Source: an uncultured Candidatus Saccharibacteria bacterium (lineage in GTDB: Bacteria; Patescibacteriota; UBA1384; XYA2-FULL-43-10; 1-14-0-10-43-13). From it: a stretch of 64,000 nucleotides of DNA. Location: positions 9,977-73,976 of the forward strand of contig CAZVMH010000004.1 of the NCBI GenBank assembly GCA_964628585.1. Direction: 5' to 3'. Under the pieces are notes generated by a model. It searched no databases. It was not told the origin of the DNA and was given only the letters and a program-made list of their open reading frames with translations. Shown here piece by piece: positions 48,719 through 59,099 of this stretch; position 1 is the stretch's first letter, and every line of letters begins with the position of its first letter. A program made the translations under genes and the position numbers.

Positions 48719-49582
48719 TTGAAGGATTATCGCAAAAAAATTCTATTATTGGGCGGAGAGGGTTTTATTGGCAGAAATATAAGCGATGTTGCATGTAAAA
48801 CATTTGATTGTTATGTGTGTGGTCCTCGAAGATCGCCCTTTTCCAATGGTAATGCAAAATTTATCCAAAAAGATCCTTACACTGAAAGAATCGATCAGAA
48901 ATTCGATGTTGTAATTAACCTTATCGACAACCAAGTTCCATACGAAAGAGTAACCGAGGAAGAGAACAAACTTCTAGAAAATATTCTAGGAACGGGTTGC
49001 CGACAGCTAATCTTTTTTTCTTCGGCTTCTGTTTATGCGGCCCCTGATTCAGAATATGCTAAACGTAAAATACTTATAGAGAAAACCTATGAGGAATTTT
49101 CGATTAGATATAAAATGAAACTACTGATACTGCGCCTTTTCAACATTTATGGACCCTACCAGCTGCCTTTTAAAAAGGGCAGCTTGGTTGCAAACATATT
49201 TTATAATCACCTTCTTGATAAACCAATTGAAATAAACGATATGCATGCCAAAAGAGATTTCATTTATGCTCCTGACATAGCCCAAATAATTTCAAGGGTG
49301 ATAGACCAAGAAATTGTCGGCACACACGACTTGGCAAGCAATAAGCTAATAACTCTTTGTGAATTATTGGAATCAATTAAAAAAGTTTTTCAACTATCAA
49401 ATTTAAATATTATTAATAAAAAAGTAAAGGATGACAGTTTCTGTCCGGAAGCCAATAGCGATCTTGTTGAAAACAAAGACCTAACCCCTCTAACAAAGGG
49501 ACTAGAGAAAACACTTCCTTTTTACAAGAAAAATCTAAGATTAATTGAGGAGATAGTACAATGCAAACAAAAAAAATTTTGA
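48719..49582 (+). CDS. NAD-dependent epimerase/dehydratase
   Basis: LLGGEGFIG, SSASVY, YAKRK, LRLFNIYGP, RDFIY. Confidence 0.85.
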   Translation: MKDYRKKILLLGGEGFIGRNISDVACKTFDCYVCGPRRSPFSNGNAKFIQKDPYTERIDQKFDVVINLIDNQVPYERVTEEENKLLENILGTGCRQLIFFSSASVYAAPDSEYAKRKILIEKTYEEFSIRYKMKLLILRLFNIYGPYQLPFKKGSLVANIFYNHLLDKPIEINDMHAKRDFIYAPDIAQIISRVIDQEIVGTHDLASNKLITLCELLESIKKVFQLSNLNIINKKVKDDSFCPEANSDLVENKDLTPLTKGLEKTLPFYKKNLRLIEEIVQCKQKKF

Positions 49583-50973
49583 TTATTGGTGCCGGCGTTG
49601 CTGGTCAATTACTTTCTAAAAATATCAGAAAAAAACATGCTAATATTCAAATAATTGGTTTTGTTGACGATTCTAATGATTTTACAACAAAGAAAAAACT
49701 TGGCGCAATTAAAGATCTTCCGGTTATTGTTGAGGAAAAAGAGGTACAAGAAATAATAATTGCTATCCCTTCTGCATCAGGAGAATTAATTAGAAAAATC
49801 TTATTGACCCTGGAAAACAGCAGAATACCGATTAAAATAGTTCCCAGAGAACAAAGCGTAATTAGTTATGACAAGGTTGAATACTCCGATGTCAAAGGCA
49901 TTGATCTTGAGGATTTTCTAGGTAGGCCGTTCATAAAAAAAGATATTCAAAAGTTAAAAAAATTTTATACAGGTAAGAGTATATTAGTTACAGGGGGTGC
50001 GGGATCAATCGGATCTGAAATTGTTAAACAGCTTTTAAGTCTAGATGCGAAAAAGGTGACAGTCTATGATAATTCGGAATTTCTTACCTTTAATTTAGAT
50101 CAAAGCCTAAAGGAGGCAGGGATTAAAAAAAGCAGGTACCAGTTAGTTATAGGCAATATACTAAACGAAAAAAAGCTTCAGAAAGTAATTCATGGCCAAA
50201 AACCTGACATGCTTTTTCATGTTGCTGCATATAAACATGTATATCTAATGGAGGATAATCCAGAAGAGGCGATAATTAATAATGTCATTGGAACAAAGAA
50301 GGTAGTGGATTTGGCCGTAAGAAATAAAATAAAACAATTCGTATTTATTTCTACAGACAAGGCGGTTAATCCAACGAGCATTATGGGGTCAACAAAGAAA
50401 CTTGGTGAATATTATATTAAAAGTGTTGAAAAAAATTCTAATACCAAATTTACAATTGCCCGTTTTGGTAACGTCATTAATTCAAACGGATCAGTTTTGC
50501 CACTGTTTGAAAGACAAATAAGAGAAAACCATTACGTAACAATCACCCATAAAGAAATAAGACGATACTTTATGTCTATTAGAGAAGCTGCCCATCTTGT
50601 AATCAACAGTGCTTGCTATGATCAAAAAGGGAATGTTTACCTCCTGAATATGGGAAATTTAATAAATATCTATGAAGTAGCTAAATGCCTCATGCGAAGC
50701 AAAAATTTAATACCCGATAAGGACGTAAAGATAAAATTTATAGGACTTAAAAAGGGTGAAAAAATGATAGAGGAACTTTTCACTGAAAAGGAAAAGGCTA
50801 ATTTATTACAGACTGAATTAGATGATATATTTTGTTTAAAGAGTTATGGAGATTTTCCCTCTACGATAAATGACATAATTTCAAATCTTGAACTATTAGC
50901 GATAAAAAGAGATATAAGAAACCTTAAAAAAGCATTGGTGATATGCTTCTCTTCTCTTTCAAGTAAAAACTAA
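49561..50973 (+). CDS. CapD/PglF-like UDP-sugar 4,6-dehydratase (no N-terminal TM domain)
   Basis: LIIGAGVAG, EDFLGR, VTGGAGSIGSE, AAYKHV, STDKAVNPTSIMGSTK, RFGNV. Confidence 0.88.
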   Translation: MQTKKILIIGAGVAGQLLSKNIRKKHANIQIIGFVDDSNDFTTKKKLGAIKDLPVIVEEKEVQEIIIAIPSASGELIRKILLTLENSRIPIKIVPREQSVISYDKVEYSDVKGIDLEDFLGRPFIKKDIQKLKKFYTGKSILVTGGAGSIGSEIVKQLLSLDAKKVTVYDNSEFLTFNLDQSLKEAGIKKSRYQLVIGNILNEKKLQKVIHGQKPDMLFHVAAYKHVYLMEDNPEEAIINNVIGTKKVVDLAVRNKIKQFVFISTDKAVNPTSIMGSTKKLGEYYIKSVEKNSNTKFTIARFGNVINSNGSVLPLFERQIRENHYVTITHKEIRRYFMSIREAAHLVINSACYDQKGNVYLLNMGNLINIYEVAKCLMRSKNLIPDKDVKIKFIGLKKGEKMIEELFTEKEKANLLQTELDDIFCLKSYGDFPSTINDIISNLELLAIKRDIRNLKKALVICFSSLSSKN

Positions 50974-51000
50974 AAAACGTCATAACAAAACTGATTGGCT

Positions 51001-51930
51001 TTAGTCGAAGTATATATCTTTCCATAGATTAACTACATTATCCCAATACCGTAATGACATATTTTTGATCTGCCGTTTGCCAAATTTTTCTCTAATCTTT
51101 TTTGATTTAACCAACTCTTTTAGTATTTCACAGTATTGTTTGCTATTATTTGCAACCAATTCTTCTAGCCCACCATTAAATAACTCCGGATTTCCACCTG
51201 CGTTATTGGATATGCATGGAATGCCCAGCGCCATTGTCTCTTGAAGCGCAATACTAGAAACATCCTGGTAGGAAAAATACGTAAAAATATCAATTTTTTT
51301 GTAAAATTTATTTTTGTCACAAAAGCCAAGAAATTTACAATCAATACCAATTCTTTTAACTTCCTGCTTGACCACTTCTAGGTATTTTCCGCTTCCACCA
51401 ATATAGAGTTTCATGGGCGTATCGAGCGCTTTTATGATTTTTGCCAACTCTACAACGCCCCTGGCCTTATTGTAAAAACTGAATCCGGTCAGAATTCCTA
51501 GCGTAGGCTTTTTTGATTTTAGTTCGAAATCAGTTTTGATTTGGTGGGGTTTATTTGTTCCGTTTGGAACAATTAATGCATTTTTAAGGTTTAGCCTCTG
51601 GCGTAAAAATTCACAAGAGGTTGTTACAACATCTGCTGTCTTAATGGCCGTGGGATATAATTTAGACCATATTATTGGTTCTTCGGGGTAAATTCCATGT
51701 AGTGTGATAATATATTTACCTCTTAATGGGTGAAAAAAAGGTAACGCCGAATGAGTTACAGGCGAAGAGAAAGGCTCGAGTAAATAATCTTTAATTGAAT
51801 TTTTAATTGTTGAATTACAGCCAGAATTATTTAAGGCCGCTGATAAGTCCTTACCCCAACTTGTAACACCGCCAGGATTGTGGGGAAGAAAGATATTAAC
51901 TTTGTTGATTGATTTGTTTTGCATTGGCAT
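51001..51930 (-). CDS. GT4 glycosyltransferase
   Basis: VPNG, SIALQETMALGIPCI..NAGGNPE; start likely ATG 51930, overlapping the upstream TAA. Confidence 0.85.
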   Translation of the reverse strand: MPMQNKSINKVNIFLPHNPGGVTSWGKDLSAALNNSGCNSTIKNSIKDYLLEPFSSPVTHSALPFFHPLRGKYIITLHGIYPEEPIIWSKLYPTAIKTADVVTTSCEFLRQRLNLKNALIVPNGTNKPHQIKTDFELKSKKPTLGILTGFSFYNKARGVVELAKIIKALDTPMKLYIGGSGKYLEVVKQEVKRIGIDCKFLGFCDKNKFYKKIDIFTYFSYQDVSSIALQETMALGIPCISNNAGGNPELFNGGLEELVANNSKQYCEILKELVKSKKIREKFGKRQIKNMSLRYWDNVVNLWKDIYFD

Positions 51931-54020
51931 TATTGAATAATTTTCCAAATCTTTACTTTATTTTTACTGTATATATTTTTAAAATCAGGTGAGTTATCGA
52001 ATTTCTTTAAATTAGCCGAATAGAAATTGAAATCCCTCCACCAAGTTCTTGTGCCATATAAGCTGTTAAATTTTTCTTCGGAATATAGGATATATTTATC
52101 ATTTTTTTCGATAGAATCAATATATTCCTGAATTTTTTTTTGTTCTTTTTTTAATTCGAGGTATTCTTTCATATCCGCCGCATTGGTAGTGGGGTTGTAA
52201 GAAGCAAAATATTCAGAGAATAAAATTCCAGTCCTGTTTTCAATTTGTGATTTTAAAAGAAGCTGGTTATTTTCATTTTTTTTCAAATTAGAATAAGGTT
52301 TATCCGTAAGTATTCCAACGCTTCCTGCGTCTGAATTGGATAAAAAGAATTGCTTATCTGGAACAATTAGGTTTCGATCGGAAAAATACTCAATCATTGG
52401 AAAATTGCCTGCTTGGCTAACAATATATGAGTTTTCAGATACATTGTTTTTAAGAAACATTGCCGATTCGTATTCTGACTTAGCTGTCCATCCTCCTTTT
52501 GCCCAAGTAATGAAGAATGATAAACAAATACTGCAACCAAATAAAACCATAAAAGTAAAAACAACTTTTTTATTTCTGGTATTAAAAACAAACGCGATTG
52601 AGGGGATAGCTAATAATACCAAGCTCATCGCGACAAAAAGCCAAGCCCGATCAGGAAGATAAGCAAGGCCAACCCTGGGAAATATTTCAGCAATCATAAA
52701 AAAGAATATAAAGCATCCCAAATAAGTTTTGTTAACAGAGGAAATTCTTAATTTCTTTGCTTTATAAAAAGCATATATAAAAACTGGCAAAACTAGAGGA
52801 CCGAGGTTATACCCATAATATAATACTGCCGTAAACCCTGGCCATCCCATCTGGTTTCCGTCCACATTTTTGTAGTTGTCAATAAACCACAAATTAAGTT
52901 GCGGGTGAATTAAATAGTTTATGAATGATGGGACAAAGTTCATGATCATTGAAACAAAACCTAGATCTACAAGCCACGGATATACCAGAACCAATAATAA
53001 CAAACCGATAGAAGAACTTAGGATTGGATACTTAATTATTAACTTCCAAAAAAAGGCAATTATGGTGGCCAACAGGAGAAGTAAATTAAAAAGGAAAAAT
53101 ACATGAATCTTTATACCTATAAGAGAGAACAACATAAGAATCGCTATTTTTGCAATATTTCCTGGCTCTTTTGATTTAAGAATATCAACGATTATATACA
53201 AAAAAACAGGAAGAGTTATAAGGAATATTGACTGAGGTCTGGTTACTAATATTTCCATTACTATCACTGGAAAAGAAAGGAAGACCAATGATGATAATAA
53301 AATCGCAGTTTTATTTTTTGTAATCGAAGAGCTTATTGAATAGAAAACAACAACCAATAAGCCGCTAAGCATGGGAAATATTAGTTTAAATAGCCAATAT
53401 GCAGGTATTTTAGTAATAAGGGTCAAAGACCAGACTAGCGATAAAAAAATTGGACGGGCTTCATCGCCTGGCATTTTATGGGAAGAAAGAATCTCTCTTA
53501 TCTTAATAAGATATACATAAGGGTCCGCTTCCGGTATGAAAGGGTAAATTAGTAAGTTTACGGTAATGACTAGGAAAAAAGTTATTAAAGCGGCTATTAA
53601 CACAGGATGTTTTTTAAGAAACGCCAAACTTGTTGGCGTTGCAGTATTAGTCTTTTTATTAAAAAACATCGTTATAGATAGACCCAAAAAGCTCAGGAGG
53701 TACATGGAAAATACAGCACCTAATGTAATTTTAAGATCACCAAAATTATTGAGAAACAGAGAAATTGCATAAACAACGGTAGGGGTAATAAAAAAAGAAA
53801 ACAATAAAGTCCAGAGCAAGGCGGTTATTAAATTTGTTTTTAATTTGGTGGCTTGCTCCATTAACCAGGTTAAGTTAAAGCCAATGATGAAAAATATTGG
53901 CAGGCCGAATATATAAAGAAAATAGGGGAAGTGGAACAAATAATAAACTAAATAAGAAACTGCATAAAGGCATAGTATTAAGTAGTTTATTTTTAATATG
54001 AATCTATTGTTTTGGTACAT
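51930..54020 (-). CDS. Polytopic membrane protein, GT-C-like
   Basis: Many TM segments; loop PEADPY; RPQS; LPDRAW; soluble C-terminal domain. Confidence 0.6.
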   Translation of the reverse strand: MYQNNRFILKINYLILCLYAVSYLVYYLFHFPYFLYIFGLPIFFIIGFNLTWLMEQATKLKTNLITALLWTLLFSFFITPTVVYAISLFLNNFGDLKITLGAVFSMYLLSFLGLSITMFFNKKTNTATPTSLAFLKKHPVLIAALITFFLVITVNLLIYPFIPEADPYVYLIKIREILSSHKMPGDEARPIFLSLVWSLTLITKIPAYWLFKLIFPMLSGLLVVVFYSISSSITKNKTAILLSSLVFLSFPVIVMEILVTRPQSIFLITLPVFLYIIVDILKSKEPGNIAKIAILMLFSLIGIKIHVFFLFNLLLLLATIIAFFWKLIIKYPILSSSIGLLLLVLVYPWLVDLGFVSMIMNFVPSFINYLIHPQLNLWFIDNYKNVDGNQMGWPGFTAVLYYGYNLGPLVLPVFIYAFYKAKKLRISSVNKTYLGCFIFFFMIAEIFPRVGLAYLPDRAWLFVAMSLVLLAIPSIAFVFNTRNKKVVFTFMVLFGCSICLSFFITWAKGGWTAKSEYESAMFLKNNVSENSYIVSQAGNFPMIEYFSDRNLIVPDKQFFLSNSDAGSVGILTDKPYSNLKKNENNQLLLKSQIENRTGILFSEYFASYNPTTNAADMKEYLELKKEQKKIQEYIDSIEKNDKYILYSEEKFNSLYGTRTWWRDFNFYSANLKKFDNSPDFKNIYSKNKVKIWKIIQ

Positions 54021-55122
54021 TGTCTTGGAGGTAGACCATTAATTTTTTAACGTTGTTATTCCAATCGTATTTTTGTTCTATTTTTTTTCTTACCGAAATC
54101 CCAAAATCAACTATTTTTTGCCTGTTTTTTATTAGGATCAGCAATTTTTTGCTAAGAATAGCGGGATTATGCGGAGGTATTAAAAAACCATTTTTTCCAT
54201 TCTCAATTATTTCTCTGGTCCCTCCTACGTCGGTTGCAATAATTGCCTGACCCATTGCACCTGCTTCTAGTACCGATGTTGGCATTCCCTCGGAATACGA
54301 AGGGTTAACAAATATCGAACTCTTATTAAGGATATTTTTGATTTGAATTGAGTTCTTCTTGCCTGTAAAAACAATAGAGGGATCGTCACCGGCCAGCTTT
54401 TCAAGAAAATCTTTATAATTACCGTCCCCAACAATTATAAGCTTCATTGGTTTTTCCGAAATGTCTTTGAATGCCCTGATTAGGTCTTGGACACCTTTTC
54501 CCTCTATCAATCTCCCTACAAATGTAATTGTTATCTCTTTCTTTGATGTAATGCTAGGTTTATAAAAATTGGTATCCACGCAATTATAAAAAACTTTAAT
54601 GTCCTTAGCTCCAAGGGTAGCTGAAAAATCGGCAGAAGACTTTGAAATTGCTAAGCATTTGTTTGCTGAAGTAAAAACAACCCTGCCTAAGGTAATATCG
54701 TAAAGATAAGCTATAAAACTTGTTAGCGGATTGCTTAACTTGGGATGACCAGTTCCAAGTTCAAAGTGAAAAGATTTAACTTTATATTTTTTTGCTAAAA
54801 AGATCCCCCATAATGATAATGGAAAAAATCTAGTATTAGTAAAGATGGCATTAAATTTTGTTTTAAAAATATCTTTTAATAGTAGCTTGTTTTTTTTGCA
54901 GATTTTCGGAATAGGAAAAACTCCTCCGGCTACATTTCTTGTCTCTAATCGTACTATTTCTATTCCTTGCACTTTTTCTTTGTTCGGTTCATTTCCAATT
55001 CTTGAAGATATTACAACTATCTTAAAATTGTTCTTGGCTAATCGAGTAGCAATTTCCCAAACAAATTGTTCAAGACCACCTTTATGGGGATAAAAATACG
55101 GAGAAAATATTGCAATATTCAT
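54004..55122 (-). CDS. GT4 glycosyltransferase
   Basis: FYPHKGGLE, FVGRLIEGKG, PSYSEGMPTSVLEA, TDVGGTRE. Confidence 0.92.
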   Translation of the reverse strand: MNIAIFSPYFYPHKGGLEQFVWEIATRLAKNNFKIVVISSRIGNEPNKEKVQGIEIVRLETRNVAGGVFPIPKICKKNKLLLKDIFKTKFNAIFTNTRFFPLSLWGIFLAKKYKVKSFHFELGTGHPKLSNPLTSFIAYLYDITLGRVVFTSANKCLAISKSSADFSATLGAKDIKVFYNCVDTNFYKPSITSKKEITITFVGRLIEGKGVQDLIRAFKDISEKPMKLIIVGDGNYKDFLEKLAGDDPSIVFTGKKNSIQIKNILNKSSIFVNPSYSEGMPTSVLEAGAMGQAIIATDVGGTREIIENGKNGFLIPPHNPAILSKKLLILIKNRQKIVDFGISVRKKIEQKYDWNNNVKKLMVYLQDNVPKQ

Positions 55123-55463
55123 TTTTCTTTTTCAATATTACTCAGGCCTAATTTAATCACTAGGTCATGCAGCTTTCGTTCTAAACGGTTAGCCTTAATA
55201 TAAATTCTGTAAGTTATGAAAAATAGGAGAATAAAAGCAATTCCAACAAAAGTTCCAATTCCAATGTTTTCTTTTGATAATCTCTGCATTGTCGAATATA
55301 TTTTGTCAGGGAATATGGCAGCACAAATTATAAAAAGCCATGTTACTGTCCAGAAAAGAAGCATTACTATGGTTTCTGCTCCTTTTTTGTAATCGTAGTA
55401 TGTTTTAGTTATTACGGTAAACCCCAAGAAGAAAGAAAGAAATTTGATAAAGTAAATAAACAT
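55119..55463 (-). CDS. DUF2304-like small membrane protein
   Basis: 3 TM segments; C-terminal LERKLHDLVIKL; follows a DPM-like GT2, as is typical for the family. Confidence 0.75.
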   Translation of the reverse strand: MFIYFIKFLSFFLGFTVITKTYYDYKKGAETIVMLLFWTVTWLFIICAAIFPDKIYSTMQRLSKENIGIGTFVGIAFILLFFITYRIYIKANRLERKLHDLVIKLGLSNIEKEK

Positions 55464-56149
55464 TATTTTCCGATTAATCTAATTGTTAAAAGACGTGTAA
55501 ATATATTTATACCGTTTAACCATAATTGACCTTTTTTAATGGAGTAGTCAGTATAAATTGTTTGGATAGGAATTTCTATAATTTTGAGTTTATTTCTCTT
55601 CGCTTCGCCAATCATCTCAGAACAAACTTCATGGCCTGAAGTCCTTAGGGAGATTTTTTGTAAAGCATCCCTCGATAAAGCTCTTGCTCCTGATTGGGAA
55701 TCTGATACCCAAATGCCATAAATTAAGAATGTAATTAAGTTCATTATCTTATTGCCATAAACCTTAAATTTGGGCATTCCTTTAGTTTTAAACATTCTGC
55801 TTCCGTTAACAAAATCGGCTTCACCCAGCACAATAGGCTTAATTAAATTTGCAATGTCCTTTGGCGAATGTTGACCGTCCCCATCTATAGTAACAGCCAT
55901 ATCACAACCAAGTTTTTTAGCCAGCTTAAAACCAGTGGAAAATGCTGCTCCCTGGCCCAGGTTCACAACATGTTTAAGGGTAAAATCAGCCATTTTTTTG
56001 GCCTCTGCATAAGTATTATCCAAGGAACCATCGTCGACTACGATAGAGATTATTTTTCTTACACTCTTTAATTTTTTAGGTAAAGAAAAGAGCACCTTTT
56101 TGATTGCGCCCTCTTCATTATATGCCGGTATAATTATCGCCAGTTTCAT
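55463..56149 (-). CDS. Polyprenol-phosphate glycosyltransferase (DPM1-like GT2)
   Basis: IIPAYNE, VDDGS, NLGQGAA, DGDGQH, GSR, DSQSG. Confidence 0.88.
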   Translation of the reverse strand: MKLAIIIPAYNEEGAIKKVLFSLPKKLKSVRKIISIVVDDGSLDNTYAEAKKMADFTLKHVVNLGQGAAFSTGFKLAKKLGCDMAVTIDGDGQHSPKDIANLIKPIVLGEADFVNGSRMFKTKGMPKFKVYGNKIMNLITFLIYGIWVSDSQSGARALSRDALQKISLRTSGHEVCSEMIGEAKRNKLKIIEIPIQTIYTDYSIKKGQLWLNGINIFTRLLTIRLIGK

Positions 56150-56219
56150 GTTTGATCCTTATTTTTTTAAATTACCAAAGAGTTGTGAGACAAGCAAGCT
56201 TATCTCAGCAGAAAAACCA

Positions 56220-57749
56220 TTACTTTCTTTTTACTCTATAGATTTTCACCTCGTTAATGGGACTAGTATATGTATACTCAAGTGAAATATCTTTTTCAAT
56301 TTGTCCCTCCAGCTCTTTTGGTATCCCAACTGGCACTGTGCTTGGCAACCAGCCCTTTTGCTTATCAACCACATAGAAATAATCAAAATTATTAATAATG
56401 TATGTTCCGGAGTAACTACTGTCATATGAAACGAAAGTGCCGTTCGTATAAAAAATTGGAAGATATGTGTTTAAACCAAAAACCAAGATTCTGTTCGCTC
56501 TTTGGCCCGAGAGGAACTGTACTGCCTTCATATCGGCGTCAGTCATTCTTATCTTTGTGTTATAGTTTAAGGCGATAAGCAGTCGGTCACGAAAGGATAG
56601 AGAAAAAATAATTAAAATAAGAAGAATGAAAGGCGGAAGCATTTTTTTATGATGCTTTTTAATATAATCAATCATGTAGACAATTGTTCCTCCGGCAGAT
56701 ATAGAAAGAGGTACAATTAAATCTCTAACCAATCGATATGGGTAGGAAACAAAAGATGTCCTTGATACGATAAAATAAGTTACTATCATAATAGAAATCA
56801 TAAACATGACCGGGACTTTTCTTGAACCTTTTATGTATCCGGCAATTGGGTTTGCGACAACCCCTAAAAAACCAAAGATAATTGCTAAAAAACCCAATTC
56901 TAAAGGATACACTCTAAGTGACCAGGGAGTGTCTATGATGTTTCTTTGTAAAGAAATATAAGGTGGATAAGACAAAAATTTAATTCCAGTAAAATTGTTT
57001 GCCAATGCCTTAGCGGAGGCAAAAGTATCTGTTTGCAAAAAGATAAATAAAAACAGGGCAATTAATACTAAATAGCCAAATAGAAAGAATGCACTTTTTT
57101 TAGCAGACCATTCTTTTTTGAAGTAGAAAAAAATTATAACCACCAATAACCAGACAAAAAATATCATTAACACAGAAGCTGTCGTGAAATGGTGTGTTGT
57201 TAAGATTAGTCCAAAAATAATTAAGAGCAAAATAATAGCAACAATCTTTTTGGTGATTTCTTTGCTGATTAATAAATAACAGAGGACTGCCAATAACAAA
57301 GGCCAAAGAATGTGCGAGGCTAGTAAGTTAGGGAACATTCCATCATTTTGGGTTGTAATACTGGAGTTTGCCGTCAAGCCGTAAATAGCCATGGCAATTA
57401 ATCCCTGCCATTTACCGAATAGGGAATTAGCACAGATGAAGATCGATACTGAAGCAAAAATGATTAATGAGGGATAAGTCCAAACGATAGTTTGCATTAA
57501 ATCAGTTTTTGCAACTTTGGAAATCAAGAGAATAGAATAATGGTATAGCGGTGGATATGCTCCGCTAAAAAAAGAACTGAAAAAACCGTTATTCTCTAGC
57601 CACTTTGCAATATTATAGTGGTTTAAAGAGTCTTCTCCTGGTGGCACATGATAATGGAATCTAATTGTTCCGTAATATTGAATGAAAATAAGTACAATCA
57701 AAACAATTGAAAATAATAGCCAAAATTTTGCGTTTTGCTTCTTTTCCAT
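56220..57749 (-). CDS. Polytopic membrane protein, GT-C-like
   Basis: First loop PPGEDSLNH, YPPLYH, THH; multiple TMs; soluble C-terminal domain. Confidence 0.65.
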   Translation of the reverse strand: MEKKQNAKFWLLFSIVLIVLIFIQYYGTIRFHYHVPPGEDSLNHYNIAKWLENNGFFSSFFSGAYPPLYHYSILLISKVAKTDLMQTIVWTYPSLIIFASVSIFICANSLFGKWQGLIAMAIYGLTANSSITTQNDGMFPNLLASHILWPLLLAVLCYLLISKEITKKIVAIILLLIIFGLILTTHHFTTASVLMIFFVWLLVVIIFFYFKKEWSAKKSAFFLFGYLVLIALFLFIFLQTDTFASAKALANNFTGIKFLSYPPYISLQRNIIDTPWSLRVYPLELGFLAIIFGFLGVVANPIAGYIKGSRKVPVMFMISIMIVTYFIVSRTSFVSYPYRLVRDLIVPLSISAGGTIVYMIDYIKKHHKKMLPPFILLILIIFSLSFRDRLLIALNYNTKIRMTDADMKAVQFLSGQRANRILVFGLNTYLPIFYTNGTFVSYDSSYSGTYIINNFDYFYVVDKQKGWLPSTVPVGIPKELEGQIEKDISLEYTYTSPINEVKIYRVKRK

Positions 57750-57779
57750 TGTATTTAATATACATAATTCATCATTAAC

Positions 57780-57808
57780 TTGCCAGCCTCTGAAAAATCG
57801 ACTATCAT
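57780..57808 (+). promoter_or_regulatory. sigma70-like promoter of the riboswitch-metK transcript
   Basis: TTGCCA-17 nt-TATCAT a few nt upstream of the riboswitch P1. Confidence 0.65.
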
Positions 57809-57813
57809 TAATT

Positions 57814-57913
57814 TGTTATCAAGAGAGACGTTAGGGAATTGGCCCAATGACCGTCCAGCAACCCTAGGCTTAGCCGTTAGGGTGCTAAATCCAAGCCGTA
57901 AGGCAAGATAATA
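57814..57913 (+). ncRNA. SAM-I (S-box) riboswitch
   Basis: TTATCAAGAG..GGGA.TTGGCCC.ATGA..CAGCAACC...GGTGCTAAATCC..GATAA directly upstream of metK. Confidence 0.9.
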
Positions 57914-57917
57914 CTAC

Positions 57918-57942
57918 TCTTGCTCTCGGTGCAAGATTTTTT
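57918..57942 (+). terminator. Riboswitch expression-platform terminator
   Basis: TCTTGC-TCTCGGT-GCAAGA followed by TTTTTT before the metK SD. Confidence 0.7.
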
Positions 57943-57957
57943 ATTTTAGGAGACAAA

Positions 57958-59091
57958 ATGGAGACAAGGCTTTTTACTTCAGAATCTGTCACTGAAGGAC
58001 ACCCGGATAAAGTTGCCGACCAGGTATCCGATGGCATACTTGATGCGCTGTTAGAACAGGATCCAAGGAGCAGAGTTGCAGTTGAGACATTTATAACCAA
58101 CGGCTTGGCTGTTGTGGCTGGTGAAGTAACAACTAAGGCAAAAATTGATATGGCAAAAATTGCCCGCAAAATTATCGCTGAAATTGGTTACGATGGCTGC
58201 GGTTTTCATTTCTCAAAAAGTGGAGTGATGGTTGCGGTTAAAGAACAGTCTCCAGACATTGCTCAGGGCGTTGATAGCGATGATTTAGAGAATCTTGGAG
58301 CAGGCGATCAGGGTATGATGTTTGGTTATGCTTGTAATGAAACACCAGAGCTAATGCCTCTTCCAATCATATTGTCCCAAAGACTTTGTCAGAAATTAGC
58401 CGAAGTGCGAAAGAAGAATGTAATTCAAGGCCTTTATCCGGATGGAAAATCGCAAGTTACTGTAGAATATAAAGACGGTCTTTCTTCTAGAATCCATACG
58501 GTATTAATTGCCTCCCAACACGCAGAAGAAAAAGAACATAAAAAATTAAAGGAAGAGATCACCAACAAAGTGATTAAACCGGTTCTAAAAGAATATGGCT
58601 ATGAAATTGACAGCAAGACTAAGGTTTATGTAAATACAACCGGAAAATTTGTAGTGGGCGGTCCAGAGGGCGACACAGGGTTGACCGGACGCAAAATCAT
58701 TGTAGATACCTATGGTGGAATGGCACGTCATGGAGGCGGAGCATTTTCGGGCAAAGATCCATCTAAAGTAGATAGAAGTGGTGCATACGCTTCTCGTTGG
58801 GTCGCTAAAAGCATAGTTGCCTCGGGCTTGGCCGATAAGTGTGAGGTTCAGTTAGCATATGCTATTGGTAAACCAGAACCACTTTCTATATACGTAAATA
58901 CATTTGGCACAAGCGAATACTCCGATGAAGAAATTGTGGCAAAAATTAAAGAGAACTTTGATTTGAGACCAGGCATGATTATAAAAAATCTAAAATTACG
59001 CCGTCCTCAATATCAACAGATCGCGGCCTACGGCCATTTCGGCCGACCAGAGTTAGATTTGGCTTGGGAAAAAGTGAAAAAAATCAAATAG
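57958..59091 (+). CDS. metK: S-adenosylmethionine synthetase
   Basis: [42 protein letters not shown]. Confidence 0.97.
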   Translation: METRLFTSESVTEGHPDKVADQVSDGILDALLEQDPRSRVAVETFITNGLAVVAGEVTTKAKIDMAKIARKIIAEIGYDGCGFHFSKSGVMVAVKEQSPDIAQGVDSDDLENLGAGDQGMMFGYACNETPELMPLPIILSQRLCQKLAEVRKKNVIQGLYPDGKSQVTVEYKDGLSSRIHTVLIASQHAEEKEHKKLKEEITNKVIKPVLKEYGYEIDSKTKVYVNTTGKFVVGGPEGDTGLTGRKIIVDTYGGMARHGGGAFSGKDPSKVDRSGAYASRWVAKSIVASGLADKCEVQLAYAIGKPEPLSIYVNTFGTSEYSDEEIVAKIKENFDLRPGMIIKNLKLRRPQYQQIAAYGHFGRPELDLAWEKVKKIK

Positions 59092-59099
59092 TTCTAAGC

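Noticed and set aside
56186-56207. Stem-loop TGAGACAAGC-AA-GCTTATCTCA between co-oriented genes
   Set aside because: No adjacent U-tract and no second copy seen; at most an mRNA stabiliser.
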